Shown one piece after another: positions 52,840-62,829 of a DNA stretch of 64,000 bases. How positions within the stretch are numbered: the first letter of the stretch is position 1; the number at the start of each line of letters is the position of its first letter. Source of the stretch: an uncultured Methanosarcinales archaeon. GTDB lineage: Archaea; Nanobdellota; Nanobdellia; Woesearchaeales; GW2011-AR4. The notes below the pieces were generated by a model, which saw only the letters and a program-made list of their open reading frames with translations, ran no database searches and had not been told where the DNA came from. Position numbers and translations under genes: made by a program. The stretch spans positions 20,163 to 84,162 of the forward strand of contig CAZPFO010000001.1 of the NCBI GenBank assembly GCA_964585935.1. The letters are read 5' to 3'.

Positions 52840-53129
52840 TATTTGATTCCAAACTCTTTAAAATTGTTTGTAGCTTTCTCTTCTTTTATATCAACTTTAG
52901 AAACATCAGAACTTCCTGGGTTGCTTTTGCAGAATTCAATTAATTCATTTAGTTTATCTCCAGGGCCTTCTGCTATTATTTCAACTGCCCCATCAGGTAA
53001 ATTCTTTACATAACCTTTCAATCCAAGTTCTATTGCTTTGTTGCTGGTGTTTTCACGAAAGCAGACTCCTTGTACCCTTCCATAAGCAATTGCGTGGATT
53101 CTTTTCATTTTTTGAATAGTAGTATTCAA
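52836..53129 (-). CDS. acyP: acylphosphatase
   Basis: AYGRVQGVCFRENT...GLKGYVKNLPDGAVEIIAEG. Confidence 0.85.
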   Translation of the reverse strand: MNTTIQKMKRIHAIAYGRVQGVCFRENTSNKAIELGLKGYVKNLPDGAVEIIAEGPGDKLNELIEFCKSNPGSSDVSKVDIKEEKATNNFKEFGIKY

Positions 53130-53219
53130 TGAATATATTTAATTTTATTTAATCTTTTTTATTACTTTATTTATTTTCAATATTGAACTAAATTGTAAAA
53201 AAATCAGGTATCGAAAATT

Positions 53220-53299
53220 GATGTCCAGTGAAGAGAGGCTCTGTAATGGCAAAATTTGGAGGTTTCAGAAAAATAAATTGCAAAAGAGCACTGGACATC
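53220..53299. promoter_or_regulatory. ORB-like inverted repeat pair (candidate replication-origin element)
   Basis: gatgtccagtg (53220-53230) and cactggacatc (53289-53299) are 11-bp perfect inverted repeats 58 nt apart. The core TCCAGTG resembles the archaeal ORB core as I recall it. The pair lies 380 bp from the cdc6 3' end. Confidence 0.35.
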
Positions 53300-53817
53300 T
53301 GTGCGCGTGAGATATATAAAGGAATTCTCCCATACTATTTCTTAAACACTTCGTGTGTTTAGGGCTGGCAGGAAGAATTCACCCCTACCAAATTTCCTGC
53401 CCCTATTTTTTAAAAATATTAAGAGGTGGCAAGATGGACTTAAGCAATGAAACAATAAAAGATATTTTTTACAAACAGATAAGGAATCTGACATTAAGCA
53501 AAGCTGAAAGTTTTGATTTTCAGTTTAGTGGGAGGTGGCTGTAAAATGGAGGAAGAAAAAGATATTTACACAGCAGAAGGAATTGAAAATTGTGTTGATG
53601 AGGATGATCTTTCAGGTGAGGAACAAGGATTTATGCTAGGCTATTTCGAGGCGTGAAAATGTTTTTCAGAAGAAAATACATCAGCTGGGGCGAGTACATG
53701 GCAAAAATGGGATTTTTAGATGACTTTAATTTCCAGCAAAAAGTAAGAAAAGATAATATCAGGAACTTATAATACTTAAGCATAAAGTTTTTATAGAAAC
53801 TTACGTTTGCTGACTTT

Positions 53818-54384
53818 ATGAGGATACTGACAAAAGAAGAATGCGACATTGAAAATGGTTTTATTTCTGAGAGAATTTTAAAAGGATCGATTTTCATAAA
53901 CCCTACTGATACAATCTATGGTTTAGGGTGCAATGCTTTAAGGGAAAAGAGCGTCAGAAAGATAAGAGAGATTAAAGAAAGGTATGAGAATCCTTTTTCT
54001 GTTATTGCGCCTTCTAAAGAGTGGATTCTGGAGAATTGCTATGTAGATAAGAAAGGGAAAGAATTGATAGACAGGCTGCCTGGTCCTGTTACATTGATTC
54101 TGAAATTGAAAAACAAGGACTGTATTGTTAAAGAGGTTAATAATGGATTAGACACCTTGGGTGTTAGGATTCCTGCTCATTGGTTCAGCGGATTTATGAA
54201 GTGGTTGGGTGTTCCTATAATCACGACTTCAGTGAATAAAGCAGGGAATGATTTTATGACTTCCCTGGAAGATCTGGACGAGAATATCCAAGGAAGTGTT
54301 GATTTTGTGATTTATGAGGGTGAGAAAAAAGGGAGGCCTTCAAAGATTATTGATTTGACGAAAGGAAAGGTTATTGAAAGATAG
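53818..54384 (+). CDS. tsaC: L-threonylcarbamoyladenylate synthase (TsaC/YrdC/Sua5 family)
   Basis: NPTDTIYGLGCNA...PFSVI...PGPVTLIL...LGVRIP...TSVNKAG. Confidence 0.85.
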   Translation: MRILTKEECDIENGFISERILKGSIFINPTDTIYGLGCNALREKSVRKIREIKERYENPFSVIAPSKEWILENCYVDKKGKELIDRLPGPVTLILKLKNKDCIVKEVNNGLDTLGVRIPAHWFSGFMKWLGVPIITTSVNKAGNDFMTSLEDLDENIQGSVDFVIYEGEKKGRPSKIIDLTKGKVIER

Positions 54385-54419
54385 AAATGTTTTTAAACCA
54401 AGATTCCTTCTTTTAGATT

Positions 54420-55055
54420 ATGGCTAAGGAAAAAGATATTAAACATAAAAAACTCAGAATACTGGCAGCTGGAGACATACATGGTGATACTTCTCTTGCA
54501 AAGAAGCTTGCTGAAAAGGCTGAAAAGGAGAAAGTAGATTTAGTTGTACTGTGCGGCGATCTTACAATGGGGGAGATGTCAACTGAAAACATTATAGGGC
54601 CTTTTGTAAAAAGAAAAGAGAAGGTGATTTTAATTCCCGGGAATCATGAGACTATTGCAACTGCTGATTTTCTGTCTGAGCTGTATGGGGCGAGGAATCT
54701 GCATGGATATAGTGTGAAGTATAAGGCAGTAGGTATTTTTGGCGCTGGCGGAGCAAACATTGGGCTGTTTCAGATGGATGAAAAGGAGATTTATGATTTA
54801 CTGAAGAAGGGCTTTGACAAGATAAAATACCTGAAGAAGAAGATAATGGTCACGCACGTCCATCCTGAAGGAAGCAAAATGGAAAAATTCACTAAATTTT
54901 TTCCTGGCAGCGGAGGTGTGAAAAAGGCTATTGAGAAGTTCAAGCCTGATATTCTGCTTTGTAGCCATGTACATGAGGCAGAAGGTATTGAAGAGAAGAT
55001 AGGCAAGACCAAAGTCATTAATGTTGGGAAAAAAGGCAAGATTATTGAGATTTAG
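54420..55055 (+). CDS. calcineurin-like metallophosphoesterase
   Basis: ILAAGDIHGD, CGDL, PGNHE, VTHVHP and CSHVHE motifs. Confidence 0.8.
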   Translation: MAKEKDIKHKKLRILAAGDIHGDTSLAKKLAEKAEKEKVDLVVLCGDLTMGEMSTENIIGPFVKRKEKVILIPGNHETIATADFLSELYGARNLHGYSVKYKAVGIFGAGGANIGLFQMDEKEIYDLLKKGFDKIKYLKKKIMVTHVHPEGSKMEKFTKFFPGSGGVKKAIEKFKPDILLCSHVHEAEGIEEKIGKTKVINVGKKGKIIEI

Positions 55056-55354
55056 AAGTATTCCCTGATGATGTCTGAGGGTTCTTCTGCATCTGTTTTT
55101 TCCTCTATCTGAGGCTCTGTTTCCTGTGTTGATTCTGGCTCTTCTGATGGTTTTTCTGTTGTTGATGGGCTGTCAAATATGTTCCCAAAAACATTTTGTT
55201 GAGGGGTGGGAGTCACCTCTGGAGAATCATTTTCAAATATATTCGGCTGGTTGGCAAGGGGTTTTTCTCCAACTAAATGGGAAAGGATTTTTATTGCGTT
55301 CCTTATCTCTTCAGCAGAGTCCTCTTTTGTATCTATTGTGATCTTCATTATCAC
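55052..55354 (-). CDS. hypothetical acidic protein
   Basis: 100-aa ORF with a structured N-terminus (MIMKITIDTKEDSAEEIRNAIKIL) and a P/E/T-rich tail. Confidence 0.45.
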   Translation of the reverse strand: MIMKITIDTKEDSAEEIRNAIKILSHLVGEKPLANQPNIFENDSPEVTPTPQQNVFGNIFDSPSTTEKPSEEPESTQETEPQIEEKTDAEEPSDIIREYF

Positions 55355-55430
55355 AATCTTTATCTGGAAGGTATAAATATTTTTCGTATTTTCACAAATT
55401 TTAAATATTAATTATGAAATTAGTATTAAA

Positions 55431-56342
55431 ATGGCCCGTAAGCATGAAGGCAAAGATGCGGAAAATGATGTAGGGGATATTTTTAACGACTTTAAGTATG
55501 ATGATGGGGAGCATTCCCATGATGATGTGAAAAAGCGCGCTCAGAAGGAATTTGACAAGGGGGGAATGAAATATGTTGATGATTTTGATTACCGGGGAGA
55601 GATAAGAGACTTGAGGCGGCAGGTAAGGGAGCTTAAGGATGTGGTAGAAGGGCCCCATAAAGGGTCAAAAAGAAAACCTGAGCCAAAACATCATGAGCAT
55701 AGCCATTTTAAGCAGAAGGATAATGTTTTTACCGGGCCTTTGAGTACTTTGGAGAGGGGGGTCCTTATAGGCATTATTGTGCTTTTAGCCGGTTTCATTG
55801 TCATTGATTTGAGTTTTTGCTTCCATTGTGGTTCTAAAGCAACTAGTGAGAATATACCTATAGAGGTTGGTGGAAATGTGAATGGAAGTGATCAGAATGA
55901 GACTGAGGAAGTTGAAGAAGGAGCTGAAGAAGTTATTGAAGAAGAACCTGAACCTGTTGTTGATGAAGAACCAGAGCTTTCGGGAGATATTACATTAAAA
56001 ATAGATAATATTGATAAAAAGTTAAGGGATGATCTTGGTGAAGATAAAGGAGAGATAAGCAGCATTACATTTACTATTGATAATGGGAAAAATGATGTTT
56101 TGACTCCAGTGGTGGAGGTTTTTATTTATGATGATGAAAGTAAAGATGATTATGAAACCAAAAGGAGAGGGCACTACACGTATGCGATTGGTATTGCAGA
56201 GGGCAAGACACACACAGGAACTATAAGCGTAACGCCTAAAATATTTGCAGACCTTGATTTGGTGAAACATATTAGGCTGACTTTGAATGATACAGAGGGA
56301 GGGTATATAACTGCAGTGAATGATGAGATTACTATTTCTTGA
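55431..56342 (+). CDS. hypothetical single-pass membrane protein
   Basis: 303 aa with a charged, His-rich N-terminus. It has a central TM (GVLIGIIVLLAGFIVIDLSF), an acidic linker and a beta-rich C-terminus. Confidence 0.55.
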   Translation: MARKHEGKDAENDVGDIFNDFKYDDGEHSHDDVKKRAQKEFDKGGMKYVDDFDYRGEIRDLRRQVRELKDVVEGPHKGSKRKPEPKHHEHSHFKQKDNVFTGPLSTLERGVLIGIIVLLAGFIVIDLSFCFHCGSKATSENIPIEVGGNVNGSDQNETEEVEEGAEEVIEEEPEPVVDEEPELSGDITLKIDNIDKKLRDDLGEDKGEISSITFTIDNGKNDVLTPVVEVFIYDDESKDDYETKRRGHYTYAIGIAEGKTHTGTISVTPKIFADLDLVKHIRLTLNDTEGGYITAVNDEITIS

Positions 56343-56447
56343 TTAAGGATTTTATTAAATCTGATATCACTTTAGGATAGTTAAGAGGGAAAGGTTTAAA
56401 TATTAAAATTAAAGTCTAAACAAAAACTAAATATTGGGCGGTCTTTA

Positions 56448-56834
56448 ATGAAAGTTTTGTTGTATGATGAGGGTAATGCTAAGAGGACTTCAAATAATCA
56501 AAAATTGATTAGTACTATAGTTCCAGATAATATTGAATTAGTGGTCTGTGATAAATGTAAGGATTTCCCACCTAAAAAAGGGGCAGAATCCATAATTTTG
56601 GATGGAGAACCCTTTGATATGTTTTTTGTTGTTCAAATGTCTATACATTACGAGAAGATTACAGATGCCTTAGAATTGGTAAAAGAAGTTAATGGGACAA
56701 AAGATTTTAGTGATATTGTTGTGATAGGCAGCAATGCTTTTTATGATGAATCAAAATTGATAGCGGCGCCAGATGGTTATTTACAAGAACACCATATTCC
56801 TAAATTAAAAGAAATACTTAATGGAAGATATTAA
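56448..56834 (+). CDS. hypothetical protein
   Basis: 128-aa ORF. No family recognised. Confidence 0.5.
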   Translation: MKVLLYDEGNAKRTSNNQKLISTIVPDNIELVVCDKCKDFPPKKGAESIILDGEPFDMFFVVQMSIHYEKITDALELVKEVNGTKDFSDIVVIGSNAFYDESKLIAAPDGYLQEHHIPKLKEILNGRY

Positions 56835-56836
56835 AA

Positions 56837-57619
56837 TTAAAACACTCTCTGCCAGTTCATCCAAACATTGTTAACAACTTCTTTTAGTTCCATCTTCTTT
56901 ATCTCTGCCAGTTTTTTATAGGCTTCTATTACAAAAGAGGGCTCGTTTCTTTTATCCTTAAAAGGGCTAAGGTAAGGCGAGTCTGTCTCGCAGAACAGCT
57001 GGGTAATCGGGAGGTATTCTGCTATAAACTGGAACTGATGGCTTCTTACAATGTTTGTTGGCAGGGTCATAAACCAACCATTATCATCAATTTTTTTTAC
57101 TAAAGACTTTTTGCCGGAGAAGCAGTGCATTATTATTTTCTTTGATTTTGAGGTTTCCAGAATGTCAACACAATCAGCTTCTGCCTTTCTTGAGTGCACT
57201 ATTATTGGCTTTTTTGTTTTTTCTGCAAGGCTTATTTGTTTAAGAAAAAGATCTTTCTGCTTTTTTGGATCTTCATTTTGGGAATAATCCAGACCGCACT
57301 CGCCAATTGCAGATATCTTATTTTTATTTTTTCGCATGAATTCTATCTCTTCATCAATATCAAAAATATTCGGCTTTAGAGGGTAGCTGCCTGTTTCTAT
57401 CTCTTTCTGCAGCGTCTGCACTGGATAAATCCCCAGGGCTGCCTTTACAATATCATATTTTTCAGCTATTTCCAGGGTTTTCCTGTTAGTTTCTGGATTT
57501 ATACCTGCTGTAAGGACTACTTTAAGCCCTGCTTTTTCCGCGTTTTTTATTGTTTCGTCCAGCTTTCCTTCGAATAAAGGATGGTCCAAATGGCAATGTA
57601 TATCTATCAATAAGCTCAT
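56837..57619 (-). CDS. tatD: TatD-family metal-dependent hydrolase/DNase
   Basis: LIDIHCHLDHPLF...AIGECGLDY...IIVHSR...MHCFSG...ETDSPYL. Confidence 0.85.
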   Translation of the reverse strand: MSLLIDIHCHLDHPLFEGKLDETIKNAEKAGLKVVLTAGINPETNRKTLEIAEKYDIVKAALGIYPVQTLQKEIETGSYPLKPNIFDIDEEIEFMRKNKNKISAIGECGLDYSQNEDPKKQKDLFLKQISLAEKTKKPIIVHSRKAEADCVDILETSKSKKIIMHCFSGKKSLVKKIDDNGWFMTLPTNIVRSHQFQFIAEYLPITQLFCETDSPYLSPFKDKRNEPSFVIEAYKKLAEIKKMELKEVVNNVWMNWQRVF

Positions 57620-57796
57620 AATAGGGGTAAAAAGGAAAATGTTTATAAATATTATCAGGTTTTTTATGGTTATGGACTTTGTAAGGATGAAAGGCTCGTA
57701 ATTTAGCTTTTTCTTAGGTTTGATTATCCATTATTAATTAAAAATAAATTACTATTAAAATATTCAATAAAAACCAATTATAATCAATGATTGAAA

Positions 57797-58714
57797 ATGG
57801 AAGAAATAAAAGGAATGAAATTAAATAAAAATATGAAAATTAGGGAGCTTGTTAAAGATATGAATAATATTGGCTTTCAGGCAACACAGCTGAGCAGGGC
57901 TGTCAAAGTTATAGAAAAAATGAAAAAAGACAAGGCTGTTGTTTTTTTGAGCTTTACGTCGAATATGGTGAGCAGCGGATTGAGGGAGGTTATAGCGCAA
58001 TTGGTCAAAGATAAATTTGTTGATGTTTTAATAACAAGCGTTGGAAGCATTGAGGAAGATCTGATAAAGACAGAGAAGCCTTTTTTAATGGGGAGTTTTG
58101 ATGCTGACGACAAAGAGCTGGACAGGAAAGGGATAAACAGGATCGGAAATATTTTTGTGCCTGACGACAGGTATGAACTCTTAGAAGATAAGCTGATGCC
58201 TTTCTTTAAAAAAATTTATGATAGGCAATTGAAAAATAAAAAATTGATAAGCCCCCAGGAATTAATTTTTGAGCTGGGTAAGGGTGTTAAAGACAAAAAT
58301 TCAATACTCTACTGGGCAACAAAAAACAAAATACCGGTTTTTTGCCCGGGCATCACAGACGGGGCTTTGGGGCTTCAAATTTATTTCTTCAAGCAAAAGT
58401 TCAAGGAGTTTGGGATTGATGTTACAGCTGATATGGAAAAATTAAGCAAAATTGTTCTAGAAGCGGAAAAAACAGGAGCAATCATTTTAGGAGGGGGCAT
58501 AGCAAAGCACCATACAATAGGGGTTAATATTATAAGAGACGGCTTAAACTATGCTGTTTATGTAAGCACTGGAACAGAATATGATGGGAGCTTATCTGGT
58601 GCGAGACCGAAAGAGGCTGTTTCGTGGTCAAAGATAAATGAAGAAGGAAATTATGTTTTTGTTAATGGCGATGCAACGATAATATTTCCGTTAGTTATTG
58701 GCTGTTTTTTATAA
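57797..58714 (+). CDS. dys: deoxyhypusine synthase
   Basis: VFLSFTSNMVSSGLRE...ITSVGSIEEDL...PGITDGALG...GGGIAKHH...DGSLSGA...EAVSWSKI. The ATG at 57797 is preferred over the TTG at 57791. Confidence 0.9.
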   Translation: MEEIKGMKLNKNMKIRELVKDMNNIGFQATQLSRAVKVIEKMKKDKAVVFLSFTSNMVSSGLREVIAQLVKDKFVDVLITSVGSIEEDLIKTEKPFLMGSFDADDKELDRKGINRIGNIFVPDDRYELLEDKLMPFFKKIYDRQLKNKKLISPQELIFELGKGVKDKNSILYWATKNKIPVFCPGITDGALGLQIYFFKQKFKEFGIDVTADMEKLSKIVLEAEKTGAIILGGGIAKHHTIGVNIIRDGLNYAVYVSTGTEYDGSLSGARPKEAVSWSKINEEGNYVFVNGDATIIFPLVIGCFL

Positions 58715-58715
58715 A

Positions 58716-59294
58716 ATGACTGAATTGATTTTATTGCTTGTAATTTCCCTTTTCACAGGGATTTTTGTAAAATTAGTGGATTTGATAGAGGATGATGGTT
58801 TAAGGCTTTTCAAAGGCGATAATTTTATTTTTGCTGTTATTTATGGCTTGTTGATTGGTTATGTGATTAGCAATTACAATATTGTTGCACCTTTGTGGAT
58901 AGGCTCGATATTTGCATTGATATTAGCAAAGAAAATAGACACTAAAGCGCATGTTATGGGGTTATTATCTGTTTTAGGGTTAGTGGTATTTTCTGGTTTT
59001 GGTAAAATTAATATTTCATTTTTGGTTGTTTTTACAGTTGCTGCTTTTTTAGATGAGATAGCAAATGATTTTGCAGATGGAAGACCGTTGTTGAAAAATC
59101 CATTATTGAAAAAAGTTAATAAAATAAAAATCAATAAAAACATAAAAAAGATACTTGAATTAAGGCCATTTCTTGAGATTTCTGCATTATCAGTTTCTTT
59201 TATAATCCAGGATTTTTCCATATTTCTGGCTATATTGTTTTTTGATGTAGGCTATAATATTGCGAATAGAATCGGGCTAAAATTAAAGAGGTAG
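58716..59294 (+). CDS. integral membrane protein, unknown function
   Basis: ~192 aa with 5-6 TM helices. The ATG at 58716 is preferred over the alternative start at 58698. Confidence 0.5.
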   Translation: MTELILLLVISLFTGIFVKLVDLIEDDGLRLFKGDNFIFAVIYGLLIGYVISNYNIVAPLWIGSIFALILAKKIDTKAHVMGLLSVLGLVVFSGFGKINISFLVVFTVAAFLDEIANDFADGRPLLKNPLLKKVNKIKINKNIKKILELRPFLEISALSVSFIIQDFSIFLAILFFDVGYNIANRIGLKLKR

Positions 59295-60593
59295 TTATTT
59301 TCTGTGTTTATGCCTGTAAAGGATAGCAATCAAATATTCTGCATGCGACCATGCCAAAGGCATTGCATACCTGGTTATATTATTGCCACCACGTTTTCTC
59401 ATTCTTTTCTTAATTTTCTCGTAAGTGTTTTTCATGTAAAAGATTTCCTCTACAATCTTATCAAAATCCAGATTAGGCAATAATATTGTGGGGTCAAATT
59501 CTTTTTTAAAGTCTATCCCTGTTTTCCATTCATTTTTTATGAAATCACGAAAGCGCTGTTCTGTGCTTACATGTTCAGGCAGGTACCCTAATTTCGAAGA
59601 ATAAGAATTTATCAGCCTGAGAATTTTATCCCCTTCGCTTTCATTATGCACTGAAAAATAATATTGTGCAAGTATTGCTGAATATTGGAGCCAGGGCCCT
59701 GTTCCTGCGTGCTTATGGATTGATAAGTCATTTGAGTTTTGCAGGGGCAGGTACCTCTGAATCAGGCCAAGCTCTTTATCCCAGAGCTCATTTCTCATGA
59801 ATTTTATTGTTTTTTTGTTGAACTTTTTTGAGCTAAAATTAAAGTAGAAAGGGCTCATCAAGGTTGCGTCTGGGCGGAGATCGGGAATAAGGTTGCCGTT
59901 AAGCCTTGCAATAAACAGGCTGTTATGCACGAGCAATCTTTTGATATTTTTTTCAAGATCTATCCTGAATTTTTTGAATTTCTTAAGCTCTTTCTTGTAT
60001 TTTGTATGCTGTCTGACCTCTTCAGCCATACTTAAGGCACGCCAGTAGGCAAGATTAACCCATAAAGTATACCCTTTTTCTATTGGAGATTCATGGATTG
60101 ATGTTGTTGAATAAAACAGTTTTTTTTCTTTATCAAAAATGCTGTCTATTGCAAAGTCAAGAGCTTTAGTTACAGCGCTTATATGCTTCCTTTCGTTCTT
60201 TATCCTTTTTTTCAGCTTTTTTGCAGTAATCAGATAAGTTAACAGTATTATCGCTCCGTGGGCATTATTGTCTTCCTGTTTGTAGATTGAACGGTCTCTT
60301 CCGCTAAGGGCGTATCTTTGGCCCCAATAACCATTTTTGCTCTGCACGCTTAAAACAAATTTATCTATGCCTTCCAGGAGCTCATAGGCTCTTTCTGTGA
60401 ATTTTGTTTCCTGGCAGATGAGGCTTAAAGCTTTGGTGATAGAAGCGCTATCTCTTAGATAGAAAAAAGGATGTCTGCTTCTCTTAAAGGTTGCCAAAAC
60501 TCCAATACCTCTTCTTACTTTTCTGCAGCATTTTGAGATAATATTAAGATGAAAATCAACCTCTTTATCAAAATCTGATTGTTTAGACTGCAT
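59295..60593 (-). CDS. glycoside hydrolase family 15-like (glucoamylase/trehalase type)
   Basis: 432 aa. FFYLRDSASITKAL (RD motif), WGQRY, GPWLQYS and the C-terminal PLAWSHAEYL match the GH15 (alpha/alpha)6-barrel pattern. Confidence 0.65.
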   Translation of the reverse strand: MQSKQSDFDKEVDFHLNIISKCCRKVRRGIGVLATFKRSRHPFFYLRDSASITKALSLICQETKFTERAYELLEGIDKFVLSVQSKNGYWGQRYALSGRDRSIYKQEDNNAHGAIILLTYLITAKKLKKRIKNERKHISAVTKALDFAIDSIFDKEKKLFYSTTSIHESPIEKGYTLWVNLAYWRALSMAEEVRQHTKYKKELKKFKKFRIDLEKNIKRLLVHNSLFIARLNGNLIPDLRPDATLMSPFYFNFSSKKFNKKTIKFMRNELWDKELGLIQRYLPLQNSNDLSIHKHAGTGPWLQYSAILAQYYFSVHNESEGDKILRLINSYSSKLGYLPEHVSTEQRFRDFIKNEWKTGIDFKKEFDPTILLPNLDFDKIVEEIFYMKNTYEKIKKRMRKRGGNNITRYAMPLAWSHAEYLIAILYRHKHRK

Positions 60594-60598
60594 TTTGG

Positions 60599-61777
60599 TT
60601 AAAAGAAAGATTTATAGAGATTCCATGTCCTAATAAATTCTGCGTGAGGCCATGCCAGGGGAATAGTTATGTAAGCAATGCCTTTCTTGAACAAAGGGTG
60701 TTTTCTTGTGTTATCTATCATTATCAGGCGGTCTTTTCTTAACAGGCCTGCTTCCTCAAAGTCTTTAACATATTCCTCAAATTCCTTTACAGTTGCTATA
60801 TGTTCTGGAAGGATGTCTTTATGCGAGATTTTCATAACCCAGTTAAGGTATTTGTCTGCTTTTTTCCTGTCCTTCAGTCTTATAAAATGCCTGCAGAGCA
60901 TTAAGGTAAAGTGAGGCCATGGGCCCCATCCGCCATTGTTTCTGCCTTCATACTTATGGTAGCGGCACAATCCGCCTAATTCCTTGTTTATCAGCTCTTT
61001 TTCCATTCTTTTTACAGTTGATCTCATTCTTTTGTCATTATCAGGGATAATCCCAAAGTCGCATAATGCCAGCTGGGAAGCGTCAATATCAATATCCACA
61101 GAACTGGATTCTTTAATCCTTATGATCTTCACAAAAGAGTTTACCCTTGAATTCCAGAGATACTTTTCAATTCCTGCCTGTATTTTGTTTGCTAGTTGTA
61201 CCCAGTCGTTGTTGTTTTTCTTATGTTTCTTTGATAATTCACAGAGGTCTTTAAGCGCAGCGCAGCAAACACAATTGGCCCATATCTCCAACCCATCCTC
61301 CATTGGAGGAAATTCGTGGATTGAATTAGGAGTGTAGATTAAATTACTGCCTTCTATAAGGTTTTGCTTAATGTAGTTTACTGCTTTTTGTATAGCAGAC
61401 CAGTGCTCATCAAGAAATTTTTTATCATCAGTTATTTTTACATATTCTGTAAAAGCGTAAATAATCAGTCCTGTGCCGTCTATCTGTATTGGCTTATAGG
61501 AAGCATCATTTCCCTTTGTGTCATATCTTTGAGGGAATGCTCCATTGTCCAGCTGACCTTTAAGCATAAAATCCAATGCTTTTTTTGCCTCCTTATGCAT
61601 GCCTGCTGAAAGAAAAGCCAAAATGCATATTGAATGGTCTCTTGGGTAAACATATGGGTAGCGCTCCCCTTCAGGGGTTGCGATGCAGCCTCCATTTTTT
61701 AGCTGAACTTTTTTTAAAACTTCTGTGCTTTTTCTATAAATTTTTTCTGCTTTTTTCTTGTCTATTATCTTAGCCAC
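60599..61777 (-). CDS. glycoside hydrolase family 15-like, tandem paralog
   Basis: 392 aa. YPYVYPRDHSICILAF, DGTGLIIY, GGWGPWPHFT and PLAWPHAEFI. Confidence 0.65.
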   Translation of the reverse strand: MAKIIDKKKAEKIYRKSTEVLKKVQLKNGGCIATPEGERYPYVYPRDHSICILAFLSAGMHKEAKKALDFMLKGQLDNGAFPQRYDTKGNDASYKPIQIDGTGLIIYAFTEYVKITDDKKFLDEHWSAIQKAVNYIKQNLIEGSNLIYTPNSIHEFPPMEDGLEIWANCVCCAALKDLCELSKKHKKNNNDWVQLANKIQAGIEKYLWNSRVNSFVKIIRIKESSSVDIDIDASQLALCDFGIIPDNDKRMRSTVKRMEKELINKELGGLCRYHKYEGRNNGGWGPWPHFTLMLCRHFIRLKDRKKADKYLNWVMKISHKDILPEHIATVKEFEEYVKDFEEAGLLRKDRLIMIDNTRKHPLFKKGIAYITIPLAWPHAEFIRTWNLYKSFF

Positions 61778-61810
61778 CTCTTTAATTATGATTTTTATTT
61801 TATTGTTTAT

Positions 61811-62599
61811 TTATTTTTTGTTTATTACCTTTAATATTATCCTGTTCCAACCTTCCGGGCCTATTCCCCTTGCATGTTTGAATTTATTATTCTCGTAAGA
61901 TTTATCAATTTTCTGAACCCAATACGCATCATCGACTTCTTTTAGCATTGGAACATCGTTTAAGTTGTCTCCTAACGCAATTGTTTTTATGTTTTTATAT
62001 CTCTTTTTGTACAGCCTTATCAATTCTTTTACAGCCTTCCCTTTATCATTTTTTCCCATAACATAATGGTAGTTTGCTCCCTTGCTATAATTCAGTTTTT
62101 TGTTTTTGATTAGTTTTTTTAATAAGTTAAGATTGCCTTCAAATTTAAATGGTTCAATATAATCCCTTTTTTTGGCTAATTTTGCTTCCCTTAAACTTAA
62201 ACCGCAATCTTGAGATATCTCTTTTATTGTCATGTCTCCAAATCCTTTTATCTTCAGTTTTTTGTTTTTTTTAATAGACCTTAAGAAGTTTCTTAATTTT
62301 TTGTACTGCGTTCCATATTCAATGATATAATATTTTTTATCTTTTTTGGCATACTTGAATTTAAAATTGAAATAGTCTTTGGGTATGAATATTGCTGCTC
62401 CGTTCTCTGAAACAAATGGACGGTTGTTTTTTAGTTTCTTTATATAGTGTTCAATCTCTGCTTTGGTTTTGGAGGTGCAGATTACCAGGGGTATTTTTTT
62501 CTTTTTTATCTGCTTCAATGCCGGCATCGCTTTTTTGAAAGAATACGTATCATGATTGAGAAGAGTGCCGTCCAAATCTGTAAATATAATGTTTTGCAT
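61811..62599 (-). CDS. HAD-IIB phosphatase, mannosyl-/glucosyl-3-phosphoglycerate phosphatase-like
   Basis: IFTDLDGTLL, ICTSKT and GDNLNDVPML are the HAD motifs I-IV. The cap resembles the YedP/MpgP type. Confidence 0.65.
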   Translation of the reverse strand: MQNIIFTDLDGTLLNHDTYSFKKAMPALKQIKKKKIPLVICTSKTKAEIEHYIKKLKNNRPFVSENGAAIFIPKDYFNFKFKYAKKDKKYYIIEYGTQYKKLRNFLRSIKKNKKLKIKGFGDMTIKEISQDCGLSLREAKLAKKRDYIEPFKFEGNLNLLKKLIKNKKLNYSKGANYHYVMGKNDKGKAVKELIRLYKKRYKNIKTIALGDNLNDVPMLKEVDDAYWVQKIDKSYENNKFKHARGIGPEGWNRIILKVINKK

Positions 62600-62623
62600 G
62601 TTTTTTCCCCTGTAAATCGAGGC

Positions 62624-62829
62624 ATACTCACGGACAAGATTAATTGAACAATAGTTGTCCGTTCGTAAGTTTGGAAATCATAGATTTCCAATCCGCGAAA
62701 AATGCTAACGCATTTTCCCAGTAATAAATTATATCCTATAATTTATATACCATCAAAAATCGAAGATTTTTGACATAAGCAAAGAGCATATACATTGCTC
62801 AGATATTTGTAATCTTTGCTATATCAAGA
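62624..62829. repeat. intergenic repeat pair R1b (62624-62668) and R2b (62786-62829), with R3b inserted between them
   Basis: R1b differs from R1a at two positions (T to C). This turns two G-T pairs of the 8-bp stem ACGGAYAA/TTGTCYGT into G-C pairs. Confidence 0.7.
62696..62758. repeat. dispersed 63-bp intergenic repeat R3, copy b
   Basis: See 22528-22590. Confidence 0.75.

Noticed and set aside
53353-53897. ORFs 53353-53544(+) and 53631-53897(-), and tiny hand-found ORFs at ~53434-53544 and 53546-53656.
   Set aside because: No motifs and poor start contexts. The region is more plausibly non-coding (candidate origin or regulatory). The two ~36-aa plus-strand ORFs cannot be supported from sequence alone.
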